A stretch of DNA of 62,545 nt, counting the filler. It is 5 parts of 5 records of this genome, joined end to end, with 100 filler letters (N's around TTAATTAATTAA, not from the genome) between each part and the next. Parts side by side here need not be neighbours in the genome. Positions count along the whole stretch, not along the records: positions 28,694 to 36,466 come from SRR31156797_8522; positions 36,567 to 55,559 come from SRR31156797_8527; 3 more parts are not named here. One strand, given 5' to 3'. Both the position numbers and the translations under genes were made by a program. Numbering within the stretch: position 1 is the stretch's first letter; every line of letters begins with the position of its first letter. Shown one piece after another: positions 34,316 through 44,582 of the stretch. The notes under the pieces were generated by a model, which saw nothing but the letters and a program-made list of their open reading frames with translations, had not been told where the DNA came from and ran no database searches.

Positions 34316-36304
34316 TTAAATAAAATAGTCGAATCCTTCTTCGTGGTGGCTCCATTTCTTAATTTTAAAGATATGAGCGCCTCTATCTTTAGATGGATCT
34401 AAAACTACATAGTTTTTCGAACCAGTCCACAGATGTTTTTCTCCATGTAACAGGTCATGAACTTGATAAGTTTCATGTTCTCCGATTCCGAATTCTTCAA
34501 TTGGAACATAAATAAATGAATTATGCTCTTGATACGGATCTAAGTTTACAACAGAAAGGATAATATTATCTCCATCTTTTTTAGAGTAGCATAATACATT
34601 TTCATTTTCTGTCTTATGGAATCTAAGATTATCATATTTTTGTAAAGCAGGGTTATTTTTTCTGATTTCATTAATTTTAGTTATAAAGTATTTAATATTA
34701 CCAGGTCTGTTCCAGTCCCATACTTTATATTCATATTTTTCAGAGTACCAGTACTCTTCTTTACCAGGAACAGCTTCATTTTCACACAGTTCAAATCCGG
34801 CATAGATTCCATAAACTGATGATAAAGTTCCAGCAAGAACACCTCTCATAATAAATGCAGGTCTTCCTCCTTCTTGAAGCATAGTTGGTAAAATATCAGG
34901 AGTATTCGCGAAGAAGTTTCCTGTAAAATATTCTTTCATTTCTGTTTGAGTTAATTCTTCTAAGTACTCAGTAATTTCATCCTTGAAATTTCTCCAAGTG
35001 AAATAAGTGTATGATTGTTGATATCCAGCTTTTGCTAAAGCTTTCATCATTTTTGGTTTTGTAAATGCTTCAGATAAGAAGATTACATCAGGGTATTTCT
35101 CCTTAACTTCTGCGATACACCATTCCCAGAAAACAACCGGCTTCGTATGCGGGTTATCTACTCTGAATGTTTTAACTCCTTTATCTGCCCAGAATAAGAA
35201 GATGTCTCTCATCTCTTTCCATAGGTTTTCATAGTCATCACAGTAGAAGTTTACGGGATAGATATCTTCATACTTCTTAGGTGGGTTTTCAGCAAATTTG
35301 ATCGTTCCATCTGGTCTTTTGAAGAACCAATCTGGATGATCTTTAACATATGGATGATCTGGTGAACAGTTGATTGCGAAATCAAGTGCAATCTCTAATC
35401 CATATTTTGCTGCTTCTTCAACTAAGTGAGCAAAATCCTCAAAAGTTCCTAATTCAGGGTGGATTGCCATATGTCCGCCCTCTTCAGATCCAATTGCATA
35501 TGGTGATCCAGGATCTCCAGGGTTTGCAACTAAAGTATTATTAGGTCCTTTTCTGTTAGTTACACCGATTGGGTGAATTGGTGGGAAGTATAATACATCA
35601 AATCCCATTGCTTGAATTTCAGGAAGTCTTCTTTCAACATCTTTGAAAGTTCCACTTTGCCCTTCAACAGTTCCTTGAGATCTAGGGAATACTTCATACC
35701 ATGCTGCATATCTAGCAGCTGTTCTTTCACAGAATACTTCTAAAGTTGTAGCGTAAGTACTGCTTACACTTCTATCAGGGTATTTTGCCATTAATGCGCT
35801 TAATTTTTCACCTAAGCCAGCTTCTACAGCTACAGCTTGGTTTTCTACTTCTAAATTTGCTTCCATAGTTTTAATTATAGAATCAAATGATTTTTTGTCA
35901 TTTCCTTTTGCTTTATCTCTTCCAGTTTTTATTACTTTAATACCTTCTAATAATTCACTGTTAAGATCAGGAAGTTTCCCGTTTTTCTTCCCTAATTCGT
36001 CTTGCCAAGATAGGAACCATTCAGTATATGATTCCACAGTATATTCATAGATACAGTTTTTATCAACAGTAAATGTTCCTGCCCACATATCATTTTCAAC
36101 ATGTGTCATTGGCAGTTCTATCCACTCTTTTGCACCTTTTTCTCTGTATTTTAATAATGTCCAAATAATGTCGTGCCCGTCTCTAAACACATCTGCTGTT
36201 ACGTTTACTTCTTCTCCTACGATTCTCTTGATTCTATATCTTCCACCATCAATACATGGTTTTACGTTTTCGATAACTATTGGATCAATAACTATTTTAG
36301 CCAT
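34316..36304 (-). CDS. glgE: Alpha-1,4-glucan:maltose-1-phosphate maltosyltransferase
   Basis: DVFRDGHD, WYEVFPRS, ENPPKKYEDIYP, FRVDNPHTKP, LSEAFT, NTPDIL. Confidence 0.95.
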   Translation of the reverse strand: MAKIVIDPIVIENVKPCIDGGRYRIKRIVGEEVNVTADVFRDGHDIIWTLLKYREKGAKEWIELPMTHVENDMWAGTFTVDKNCIYEYTVESYTEWFLSWQDELGKKNGKLPDLNSELLEGIKVIKTGRDKAKGNDKKSFDSIIKTMEANLEVENQAVAVEAGLGEKLSALMAKYPDRSVSSTYATTLEVFCERTAARYAAWYEVFPRSQGTVEGQSGTFKDVERRLPEIQAMGFDVLYFPPIHPIGVTNRKGPNNTLVANPGDPGSPYAIGSEEGGHMAIHPELGTFEDFAHLVEEAAKYGLEIALDFAINCSPDHPYVKDHPDWFFKRPDGTIKFAENPPKKYEDIYPVNFYCDDYENLWKEMRDIFLFWADKGVKTFRVDNPHTKPVVFWEWCIAEVKEKYPDVIFLSEAFTKPKMMKALAKAGYQQSYTYFTWRNFKDEITEYLEELTQTEMKEYFTGNFFANTPDILPTMLQEGGRPAFIMRGVLAGTLSSVYGIYAGFELCENEAVPGKEEYWYSEKYEYKVWDWNRPGNIKYFITKINEIRKNNPALQKYDNLRFHKTENENVLCYSKKDGDNIILSVVNLDPYQEHNSFIYVPIEEFGIGEHETYQVHDLLHGEKHLWTGSKNYVVLDPSKDRGAHIFKIKKWSHHEEGFDYFI

Positions 36305-36388
36305 TTGTTGTTTTTTCTCCTTTCAAGATAAAGATAGATCTAAGTTTTGCTATAGAAAATTGATTCGAATATCAATTATGACTTAAAA

Positions 36389-36466
36389 TTAAACAAGTGA
36401 CTTGTATAAATCTTTTGTTTGCTGTGCTATAGCTTTCCAGTCAAATACATCTTCTACTCTTTTTCT
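36389..36466 (-). CDS. C-terminal fragment of a GT4 glycosyltransferase, GlgM-like (truncated by contig end)
   Basis: RKRVEDVFDWKAIAQQTKDLYKSLV*, typical GT4 C-terminal helix; directly upstream of glgE. Confidence 0.6.
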   Translation of the reverse strand, partial: RKRVEDVFDWKAIAQQTKDLYKSLV

Positions 36467-36566
36467 NNNNNNNNNNNNNNNNNNNNNNNNNNNNNNNNNN
36501 NNNNNNNNNNTTAATTAATTAANNNNNNNNNNNNNNNNNNNNNNNNNNNNNNNNNNNNNNNNNNNN
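36467..36566. other. Artificial contig spacer
   Basis: N44-TTAATTAATTAA-N44. Confidence 0.98.
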
Positions 36567-36661
36567 TGAGTAAAACGCAGTTATCGGAGTTTTCTTGCAA
36601 AGACAAGTGAATTAAGCACCGAAAGCTGAAAAGATTCAGCTAAACCTTAAAACCATGACCC

Positions 36662-36753
36662 GTCCCAATATGCAGATACGAAGATGATTCAATCCAATAT
36701 TTAAAACCCAAAAACCCACTATCATCAACGGTGCATCGTATCTGCAAAGGGAC
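36662..36753 (+). promoter_or_regulatory. Long interrupted hairpin in the padR leader
   Basis: GTCCC/GGGAC, TGCAGATACGA/TCGTATCTGCA and GATGAT/ATCATC nested, enclosing an A/C-rich loop. Confidence 0.55.
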
Positions 36754-36769
36754 ATAAAAAGTATGAACT

Positions 36770-37105
36770 ATGAAAATTGAAAATGCTAAAGCACAAATGC
36801 GGAAAGGTATTTTGGAGTACTGCATTCTGATTGTACTCAAAAACCAAAATGCCTATGCCAGCGACATCATCAAGGAGCTGAAAAGCGCCGAGTTGATAGT
36901 CGTGGAGGGTACATTGTACCCATTGCTTACCCGGCTAAAGAATGCGGGTTTGCTAAAGTATCACTGGGAAGAGTCTACACAAGGGCCACCCCGAAAATAT
37001 TATGCCCTGACAGGAGATGGTGAAAAGTTTCTGGAAGAAATGGATAAATCATGGACAGATCTCACAGAGGCTGTAGCCAAAATTAAATTTAATGATAACC
37101 AATAA
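36770..37105 (+). CDS. PadR-family transcriptional regulator
   Basis: QMRKGILEYCIL, EGTLYPLLTRL, GPPRKYY. Confidence 0.95.
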   Translation: MKIENAKAQMRKGILEYCILIVLKNQNAYASDIIKELKSAELIVVEGTLYPLLTRLKNAGLLKYHWEESTQGPPRKYYALTGDGEKFLEEMDKSWTDLTEAVAKIKFNDNQ

Positions 37106-37128
37106 CCCAATCCATAAAACCCATTAAA

Positions 37129-38709
37129 ATGAAAGAGACAACTACAATTAATATTAGCGGCATCATATTCCATATTGATTTGGATGCCTATGAACGACTG
37201 AAAGCCTATTTTCAGGAGTTGAAGAAACGTTTCGGCGAAAGCGAAGAAGGAAAAGAAATTATCAATGATATTGAATTACGCATCGCTGAAATTCTGCAAG
37301 AGAAACTGACTGATAAAAAGCAAGTGGTTTCTATTGAGGATGTTGATAATGTGATTGACACCATGGGACATCCTGAAGATTTTGAATCAGATTCTGATTC
37401 AGAAACAGAAGAAAAATCATACAAGGAAGAACCAAGAGTTGAGTATAAAGAAAAAGCGCTATATCGCGATCCGGATAATACTGTACTTGGAGGTGTTTGT
37501 GCAGGTTTAGGTCATTATTTTGGATTAGATCCGGTGATTATACGTGTAATTACAGTCTTGTTTACCATTTTTTATGGTGTAGGATTGTTGATTTACATCA
37601 TTTTATGGGCGTTTATTCCTAAAGCAACAACAACTGCCCAAAAACTTGAAATGAAGGGTAAGCCTGTAACTGCTGAGAACATTAAAAAGACGATAAAGCA
37701 AAATTATGAGGATGTAAAAAACTCTGGCTCCTACCAAAAAGCTAAAGATGGAATCAATAGAGGTGCAAATGCAGCAGGTGAAGTTGTTCATTGGGTATTG
37801 AAAGCCCTTGTAATTATTATTGGTATTGGACTGGTAACAGGCGCTGTGGCTAGTATTGTTGCCCTTGCTAATTTGATGTTTTTCCACTCACCGATAGTTT
37901 ATTTCAATGGTGAAGCTTCAGGAGTATTTTTTCCTGTTGTAGAGGCTTTCTTTGAAAGCAGATTAACCATGATTGTACTAATAGTATCATCTATTCTGCT
38001 AGCGCTTATCCCAATTATGTTGATTTTATTCCTTGGGGTAAAAATTGTTTTCCGTTTTAAAACCAACAATAAGTTAATTGGTTTTGGTTCATTGGTAATT
38101 TGGCTTATTGCCCTGGCTGCTGTAATTACAATTGGTATTCAACTAGGCAGCAGGTATACGTATCCGGCTGATGTTGAAGAAGAAATGGTGTTCGAAAATT
38201 ATGAAGGAAACGCTATGGTTGTGAAGTTATCAGACTACGATCCGGAGATTGAAAATACATTTGACGACTTTTATATTTCATCAGGTGATGACATTAGCAC
38301 TAGTTATATATTTCATCGCCCTGATTTTGATGTGCGTCAAAGTGATACGGAGTTTTATAAGCTGAGAATTTCCAGAGAAGCTCGTGGAAGAAATAGTAGT
38401 GACGCCCGACAGGTTGCAGAGAGTTTACTTTTCGAGTATGAATTAAAAGATTCCATACTTAATCTTGATCAGTGGTATCGCACTTCATTGAAAAATGTGG
38501 GAAGAGTAGATGATCTGGATGTTACCCTCTATGTGCCTGTAGGAAAGAAAGTCTTCTTTGATGAGGAAATTTATCCAATAGTGTATGATATCAAAAATGT
38601 ACATCATATGTACGATGGCGACATGATGGGCAAACGCTGGATTATGAAGCCTGAAGGACTAACATTGATAGAACGAATTAAAAAGATCGAAGAACAAACT
38701 GTTAATTAG
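37129..38709 (+). CDS. PspC-domain membrane protein
   Basis: DIELRIAE, LYRDPDNTVLGGVCAGLGHYF, YIILW..IP, several TMs. Confidence 0.92.
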   Translation: MKETTTINISGIIFHIDLDAYERLKAYFQELKKRFGESEEGKEIINDIELRIAEILQEKLTDKKQVVSIEDVDNVIDTMGHPEDFESDSDSETEEKSYKEEPRVEYKEKALYRDPDNTVLGGVCAGLGHYFGLDPVIIRVITVLFTIFYGVGLLIYIILWAFIPKATTTAQKLEMKGKPVTAENIKKTIKQNYEDVKNSGSYQKAKDGINRGANAAGEVVHWVLKALVIIIGIGLVTGAVASIVALANLMFFHSPIVYFNGEASGVFFPVVEAFFESRLTMIVLIVSSILLALIPIMLILFLGVKIVFRFKTNNKLIGFGSLVIWLIALAAVITIGIQLGSRYTYPADVEEEMVFENYEGNAMVVKLSDYDPEIENTFDDFYISSGDDISTSYIFHRPDFDVRQSDTEFYKLRISREARGRNSSDARQVAESLLFEYELKDSILNLDQWYRTSLKNVGRVDDLDVTLYVPVGKKVFFDEEIYPIVYDIKNVHHMYDGDMMGKRWIMKPEGLTLIERIKKIEEQTVN

Positions 38710-38727
38710 CAGTAGTCTTGTTAAATG

Positions 38728-38787
38728 GATATTGGATCTAAGATCTTTGATTTTGGATCTAATATCTAACATCTAATATCCAATATC
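38728..38787. repeat. Inverted array of degenerate 7-bp repeats between convergent genes
   Basis: GATATTG GATCTAA GATCTTT GATTTTG GATCTAA TATCTAA CATCTAA TATCCAA TATC; ends GATATTGGAT/ATCCAATATC are complementary. Confidence 0.65.
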
Positions 38788-38790
38788 TTT

Positions 38791-39114
38791 TTACCTTGCA
38801 CATTTCACACACAACACACTTTCAGGTCTGATGAGGATTCTACCCAAAGGAATTTGCAGACCACAGTTTACACATTTGCCAAAATCATCAGAGCCAATTT
38901 TTGTAAGCACATAGTTAAGCTTCTTAAGTTTTTCTTCTGCCTGGCGAAGGGCTGCATCATTCACACTTTTATTGTTAATCGCATCCATGCGAGAAACACG
39001 CCCAATGGCATCGTCTGGTGAGATGGGTTGCGTCATTTCCTTATAGTCCTCAATGAGTTTTCTCGTTTTCTCAATCTCCTCATCAATCTTTATTTTCATT
39101 TCCTGGTTGGTCAT
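38791..39114 (-). CDS. TraR/DksA C4-type zinc finger protein
   Basis: IGRVSRMDAI, FGKCVNCG..I...R....P....CVKC. Confidence 0.9.
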   Translation of the reverse strand: MTNQEMKIKIDEEIEKTRKLIEDYKEMTQPISPDDAIGRVSRMDAINNKSVNDAALRQAEEKLKKLNYVLTKIGSDDFGKCVNCGLQIPLGRILIRPESVLCVKCAR

Positions 39115-39236
39115 AGTCTTTTTTTAAACCATTAAAACATTAAGAATATTTAAGATAGGTAATTAGCAGGCTTAATGATTCTTAACTTTTTATGCTGAGC
39201 ATGCCGAAGTGCTTAATGGTTAGATTTTAATGCTTA

Positions 39237-40484
39237 TTATTTCGTTATTCGCACAATTTGTGCTGTCTTTCTTGTCTTTTGCTCAATGAGCACCTCAAAG
39301 CCTTTTTTCATTTTTTCCAGACTCTCATCATCGTAATTACGAATGGTAATAATTTCTGAAGCGTCATTGTATCTTACCTCGTAATGTTCATTCAATTCCT
39401 CTAACAGCTTGTCAAAAGTGTACTCATTCTTGTCAATACACACCGTAAAAGTAGCTGCCGACATTTGCGTTAATTGCACAGCAATATTCATATCAACCAG
39501 CATTTGAAACAGATGGCTGATGTCAGTTTCTGCCACAAAATCAGGTGTTTTAGGCCTAATACTAATTAAAACCTGATCTTGCTTGCGTATAAAAACAGGT
39601 GAGCTGAATTTTTTATCAGACTCGTTGGTAATAATGGTGCCGGTTTTTTCAGGCTCATTAAATGAGTTTACGAACAGTGGGATGTTAGCTTCCTGTATGG
39701 GTTTGATGGTTTTTGGGTGAATAACTTTGGCGCCGTAATATGTTAATTCAACAGCCTCTTTGTAAGAAAGGAAATCAATTTTTTGAGGGTTTTCAAACCA
39801 TGCCGGATCGGCATTCATTATACCGGGAACATCTTTCCAAACTATGAGTTTTTCTGCCTTACAAGCCGCAGCAATTATGGCTGCAGAGTAATCGCTTCCT
39901 TCACGCCCCAATGTAGTTGTTTGATTGTTGGTTGTCCCACCTAAAAAACCCTGTGTGATGTATTTGTTGTATGTTGAAAATGTAAAACGATCATTCGACA
40001 ATTTTTGGGTTAAATCCCACAATACTCCGGCATTTCTAAAGTTTCTATCGGTTTTAATAACTTCAGTAATATCTACATATTCAGCAGGTGTGTTTAGTAA
40101 ATTGAAATAGGAGGCAATAATTCGTGTGGAGAGTTTTTCGCCAAAAGAAACGATCTGATCATATTCATAGTGAAAGTCCATTGATGGCTTTGAATTTAAT
40201 TTTTCGATGAGTACGTCGAATATTTTTTCTAAATTTTTAGGAATATGATCTTCGAATAAATCAAAAATAACCCTGTTGTGATTCATCTTTAGTTCATCCA
40301 GTTCTTGTTTATATGCATTGCCATCGAACCATAAACGTGTAATACGTTCCAATAAATTGGTAGTTTTACCCATAGCAGATACCACAACAATCAAATCATC
40401 TTCACAGGTATTTACAATGTTGGCCATTTTATGAATAGACTGAGCATCCTTGATTGATGCCCCACCAAATTTATATACGAGCAT
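39237..40484 (-). CDS. lysC: Aspartate kinase
   Basis: YKFGGAS, VVSAMGKTTN, TTLGREGSDYSA, KDVPG, GAKVIHP; start set at ATG 40484. Confidence 0.93.
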   Translation of the reverse strand: MLVYKFGGASIKDAQSIHKMANIVNTCEDDLIVVVSAMGKTTNLLERITRLWFDGNAYKQELDELKMNHNRVIFDLFEDHIPKNLEKIFDVLIEKLNSKPSMDFHYEYDQIVSFGEKLSTRIIASYFNLLNTPAEYVDITEVIKTDRNFRNAGVLWDLTQKLSNDRFTFSTYNKYITQGFLGGTTNNQTTTLGREGSDYSAAIIAAACKAEKLIVWKDVPGIMNADPAWFENPQKIDFLSYKEAVELTYYGAKVIHPKTIKPIQEANIPLFVNSFNEPEKTGTIITNESDKKFSSPVFIRKQDQVLISIRPKTPDFVAETDISHLFQMLVDMNIAVQLTQMSAATFTVCIDKNEYTFDKLLEELNEHYEVRYNDASEIITIRNYDDESLEKMKKGFEVLIEQKTRKTAQIVRITK

Positions 40485-40734
40485 AGTCTCCTTTTTTTTG
40501 TAAGTTTGTAGAATCAAAGCGATTGCTAATACAAGAATAATGTTTTTTTAGGTGAACCCCTATTTTTTTTGAAAAAATTATGCAAACGTTTGCGGTGGTT
40601 GTTGTTGATTTTGAGGGCTTTTGTTCGTTTGTGTTGCAAATAGGGCGTTTGAGGTTCAAACATGATGGCCAATAAGTTGTTTGCCATTTCATAAGATGTT
40701 AAAATACAAACTAATAAACTATAAATAGCTACAT

Positions 40735-41745
40735 ATGAAAGAATATATGGGAATGACGTTGAATGAGTTCATCATTCGCAGACAATCTGATTTTAAATAC
40801 GCAACCGGTGAGCTATCACGGCTTTTAAGCCACATAGGGGTTGCATCCAAAATTGTAAATCGTGAGGTAAACAAAGCTGGACTGGTAGATATTTTAGGCG
40901 ATTATGGAACAGTGAATACCCAGGGCGAAGCTCAGCAGAAGCTGGATGTGTACGCCGATTCACAATTCATGCAAGCTTTACGCGCCAGTGGTGAGGTTTG
41001 TGGCATAGCATCTGAAGAGGAAGATAATATTGTGACATGGGACAATGTACTGTCGAAAGATGGAAAGTACATTGTGTGTATTGATCCTCTGGATGGAAGC
41101 TCAAATATTGATGTGAATGTATCTATTGGTACTATATTTTCAATTTATCGTCGTATTTCAGAGCGAGGACATAAAGCGGAAGAAAAAGACTTTTTGCAAG
41201 AAGGTATCAAACAAGTGGCTGGAGGATATGTAATTTATGGTTCATCAACCATGATGGTTTATACCACTGGAAGGGGTGTAAATGGATTTACTCTTGATCC
41301 TTCAATAGGCGAATTTTGCTTATCACACCCGGAAATTCGAACTCCAGAGTCAGGTACCTTATATTCAATTAACGAAGGCTACTACAAAAGATTCGATCAG
41401 GGTATAAAAGACTACATTAAGTACGCACAAGAAATTGATGCACAAACTAACCGACCCTATAAAGCTCGATATATTGGTTCATTAGTAGCTGATTTTCACA
41501 GGAATTTATTGAAGGGAGGAATTTATATTTATCCCAGAACAGAGAGCGCGCCAAATGGTAAATTAAGGTTACTCTATGAAGCAAACCCGTTGGCGTTTAT
41601 TGTAGAACAAGCTGGTGGCATGGCTGTTAACGGAAATGATCGAATTTTAGATTTGAAACCTGACGACTTACATCAACGTACACCACTAATTATCGGATCT
41701 ACAAATATGGTTAACAAGGTGATGGAATTTCTTGAGAATGAGTAA
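40735..41745 (+). CDS. fbp: Fructose-1,6-bisphosphatase class 1
   Basis: [35 protein letters not shown]. Confidence 0.97.
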   Translation: MKEYMGMTLNEFIIRRQSDFKYATGELSRLLSHIGVASKIVNREVNKAGLVDILGDYGTVNTQGEAQQKLDVYADSQFMQALRASGEVCGIASEEEDNIVTWDNVLSKDGKYIVCIDPLDGSSNIDVNVSIGTIFSIYRRISERGHKAEEKDFLQEGIKQVAGGYVIYGSSTMMVYTTGRGVNGFTLDPSIGEFCLSHPEIRTPESGTLYSINEGYYKRFDQGIKDYIKYAQEIDAQTNRPYKARYIGSLVADFHRNLLKGGIYIYPRTESAPNGKLRLLYEANPLAFIVEQAGGMAVNGNDRILDLKPDDLHQRTPLIIGSTNMVNKVMEFLENE

Positions 41746-41843
41746 ATTTGTTATGGTCTGGTTAAAAAATATTATTATTGATAATTTTAGATTATAATTT
41801 GTACTTTAGAAATGCAATTTTGGCCTAATTAAATCTATATAAC

Positions 41844-43097
41844 ATGAATAAATCAATATTTTCTTCTCTAGCCATTGCTGTTTTTATATTGGTATCAGGC
41901 TTTGTAAACTTATCAGCTCAAAGTGGTATTTTTTATTATAGTAATCCCTCTGAAAGTTATATTAATAACAAAGTTGTATCATTAGTTGAGGCTCCTAATC
42001 AAGAACTGTATTTGTTAGGTAAATTATCCAATGCATCATATGAGAAATCTATCCCATTCTTTTGCCGGGTTGATAAAAGAGGAAATTTATTGGTAGATGA
42101 GGCCATTGAGAATGTTCCCATTTATGACCTCAACCATTTGTTTATTTTAAATAACCAGCGCACTAAAATTTTTGGTAGTAAACGTCAAGGACCAATCTTT
42201 GCACCATGGATTGCCACATTAGGATCAACCGGAAATGTTGAAAAGCAAAAAAGTGACTATGTGGTTTATTCAACCATTTTAAATGATGTCACTAGTTTCG
42301 GTCAGGATCATGTTGTATTAGCTGAAACAAGGGTAGATAATAAAAACATTTACAATATTAACTTGCTCAAATTCAATGCATCAAGTGATGCTACAGTATG
42401 GAGTGAGCTCTTAAAATCGCCCAATAATGAAGAGGCAAGTAAAGTAATTAATCTTAATGATGGTAATTTGCTAGTGTTAGGTAAAAAATATAATTACGAC
42501 CTGTCTGAATTTACTCCAGTACTATATAAAGTTGATCCAACTGGTAAAGCTCTTTGGAAAGTTACAGTTAAGGTACCGAATAACTTTTATGCCCAGGATG
42601 TTGCAGAAGATAGCGAAGGAAACCTTATTTATATGTGTAGCTATAGTAAGGAGTTTATGGGAACCAATGAAACCCGAATTATCAAATTAGATAACAAAGG
42701 CTCTAAACTAGCATACAACGTAATATTAGATATAAGTGGTAATGGTTTAGTTATGAAACCGGATGATCAAATCATTCTTTATGGATCAAACATTAAAGTA
42801 ATTAATGAAAGACCTGTTACCAAAGGAAAATATGTATTGATCAACAAAGATTTAAAGCAGTCGTTTGAAAAGGAATTTTCGATGAACGATAAACCAGACT
42901 CAGAAATGCCCCAGGATGTAGCTAAAAATTTACCTACAATAAGCGATATAACTACTGGTATATTGCTCAAGGATGGTAGAGTTGCGTTGGCCGGAAGAAT
43001 TTACATGCCTGCTGATCCTAAAAATGCTAATCCTTATGGAACCGATCGTAGAAATTTTGCATTGTTGGTTATTTTAAACAACTCAGGAAAACTATAA
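41844..43097 (+). CDS. Secreted beta-propeller-like hypothetical protein
   Basis: Signal peptide; repeated (K/R)(V/L)D..G.. blade-like units. Confidence 0.7.
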   Translation: MNKSIFSSLAIAVFILVSGFVNLSAQSGIFYYSNPSESYINNKVVSLVEAPNQELYLLGKLSNASYEKSIPFFCRVDKRGNLLVDEAIENVPIYDLNHLFILNNQRTKIFGSKRQGPIFAPWIATLGSTGNVEKQKSDYVVYSTILNDVTSFGQDHVVLAETRVDNKNIYNINLLKFNASSDATVWSELLKSPNNEEASKVINLNDGNLLVLGKKYNYDLSEFTPVLYKVDPTGKALWKVTVKVPNNFYAQDVAEDSEGNLIYMCSYSKEFMGTNETRIIKLDNKGSKLAYNVILDISGNGLVMKPDDQIILYGSNIKVINERPVTKGKYVLINKDLKQSFEKEFSMNDKPDSEMPQDVAKNLPTISDITTGILLKDGRVALAGRIYMPADPKNANPYGTDRRNFALLVILNNSGKL

Positions 43098-43117
43098 TAT
43101 AATATCAACTATATTTG

Positions 43118-43140
43118 AAAACCGGATAATATCCGGTTTT
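43118..43140 (+). terminator. Intrinsic terminator
   Basis: AAAACCGGAT-AAT-ATCCGGTTTT. Confidence 0.75.
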
Positions 43141-43170
43141 TCTTTGGAATAAATCTTTAACTATCTGGAT

Positions 43171-44340
43171 ATGTACAACTTTGATGAAATTATAGATCGC
43201 TCAAATACGAGCTGTATAAAATATGATGCCCGTGAAAGAATTTTTGGACGCGACGATGTGCTTCCTTTGTGGGTAGCTGATATGGATTTTGAAGTCGCTC
43301 CTGAAATAGCAGAAGTAATTAAAGAAAGAGCTGAACATGCGGTGTTTGGTTACACTATGAGATGTCCGGAGTATTATGAAATAACGCAACAATGGATCAA
43401 GAACCGATATAAGTGGGAGGTAAGCAAAGACCATATCTCTTTTTCACCAGGTGTGGTTTCCGCCCTTGCAATGGCATTACTTGCCTTTACAAAGCCCGGA
43501 GATAAGGTAATTGTACAGTCTCCTGTATATTTCCCATTTTTTAGTACCATTGAGAACAATGGACGTAGAATTTTAAACAATCAATTAGTTGATAAGGGCG
43601 AAACATACGAAATAGATTTTAGTAAGCTTGAAGCACAAATAGATAATCAAACCAGAATGATGTTTTTGTGCAATCCACATAATCCTGTTGGAAGGGCATG
43701 GACACCATCGGAGTTAAAACAATTAGCTGATATAGCAGAAAAACACAACATTATTGTGGTATCAGATGAAATTCATGCCGATATCATATTTTCAGGGCAT
43801 GTGCATACGCCTTTTGCATCAGTTTCTGATTGGGCGGCACAAAATACCATTACATGTATGGCGCCAAGCAAAACATTCAATTTAGCCGGTTTATCTACCA
43901 GTATGGTTGTGATTGAAAATGAGCAGATGCTAAAAACCTACAACTATATGATTGATAGTTTCCATATTGGTCTAACCAATCCATTTGGGCTGAATGCATT
44001 GAAGGCAGCATACACTCAGGGCGAACCATGGCTGGAGGCTTTACTCAAATATTTAGAAAGCAACAGAGATTATATTATTGATTTTGTGCAAAACGAACTT
44101 CCTGGAGTAAAGGCATATAAGCCTGATGCGACCTTTTTGATGTGGTTGGATTTCAGAGATTTAAACCTAACTAAAACTCAGTTGCATAAGTTGTTGGTAC
44201 ACGATGCGAAATTGGGTTTAAGTGATGGGTCAATATTCAGAGATGGAGGAGAAGGTTTCCAGCGATTAAATTTTGGAGCGCCAAGATTAGTAATGGAACA
44301 AGCAATGAACCAATTGAAGGAGGCTTTGAAAAGGATTTAA
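43171..44340 (+). CDS. MalY/PatB-family PLP-dependent C-S lyase
   Basis: PLWVADMDF, LCNPHNPVG, SDEIH, APSKTFNLAG, RLNFG. Confidence 0.93.
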   Translation: MYNFDEIIDRSNTSCIKYDARERIFGRDDVLPLWVADMDFEVAPEIAEVIKERAEHAVFGYTMRCPEYYEITQQWIKNRYKWEVSKDHISFSPGVVSALAMALLAFTKPGDKVIVQSPVYFPFFSTIENNGRRILNNQLVDKGETYEIDFSKLEAQIDNQTRMMFLCNPHNPVGRAWTPSELKQLADIAEKHNIIVVSDEIHADIIFSGHVHTPFASVSDWAAQNTITCMAPSKTFNLAGLSTSMVVIENEQMLKTYNYMIDSFHIGLTNPFGLNALKAAYTQGEPWLEALLKYLESNRDYIIDFVQNELPGVKAYKPDATFLMWLDFRDLNLTKTQLHKLLVHDAKLGLSDGSIFRDGGEGFQRLNFGAPRLVMEQAMNQLKEALKRI

Positions 44341-44582
44341 AATAAGGCTGCCCCAAGATTGGAACAGCCCTCTTCCGCTTATGAAAAAGCTACTACCCGT
44401 TTGTTACTCAGGAATAAAATTACAACCTTTTCCCGAATTGACAAAAAAATAGTAATATTTATTTGAAAAAGATGTAATTACTTATTAATGGGTGATTTCG
44501 AGTTATTTGCGGCATTTGTTCGTTGTTCTATTCTCGTATTACACCTATTTTATTATTTTTACTGTGCTAAATTTTTTTGGGA

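Noticed and set aside
36640-36840. 66-aa minus-strand ORF over the padR leader
   Set aside because: Antisense to padR, with no recognisable features
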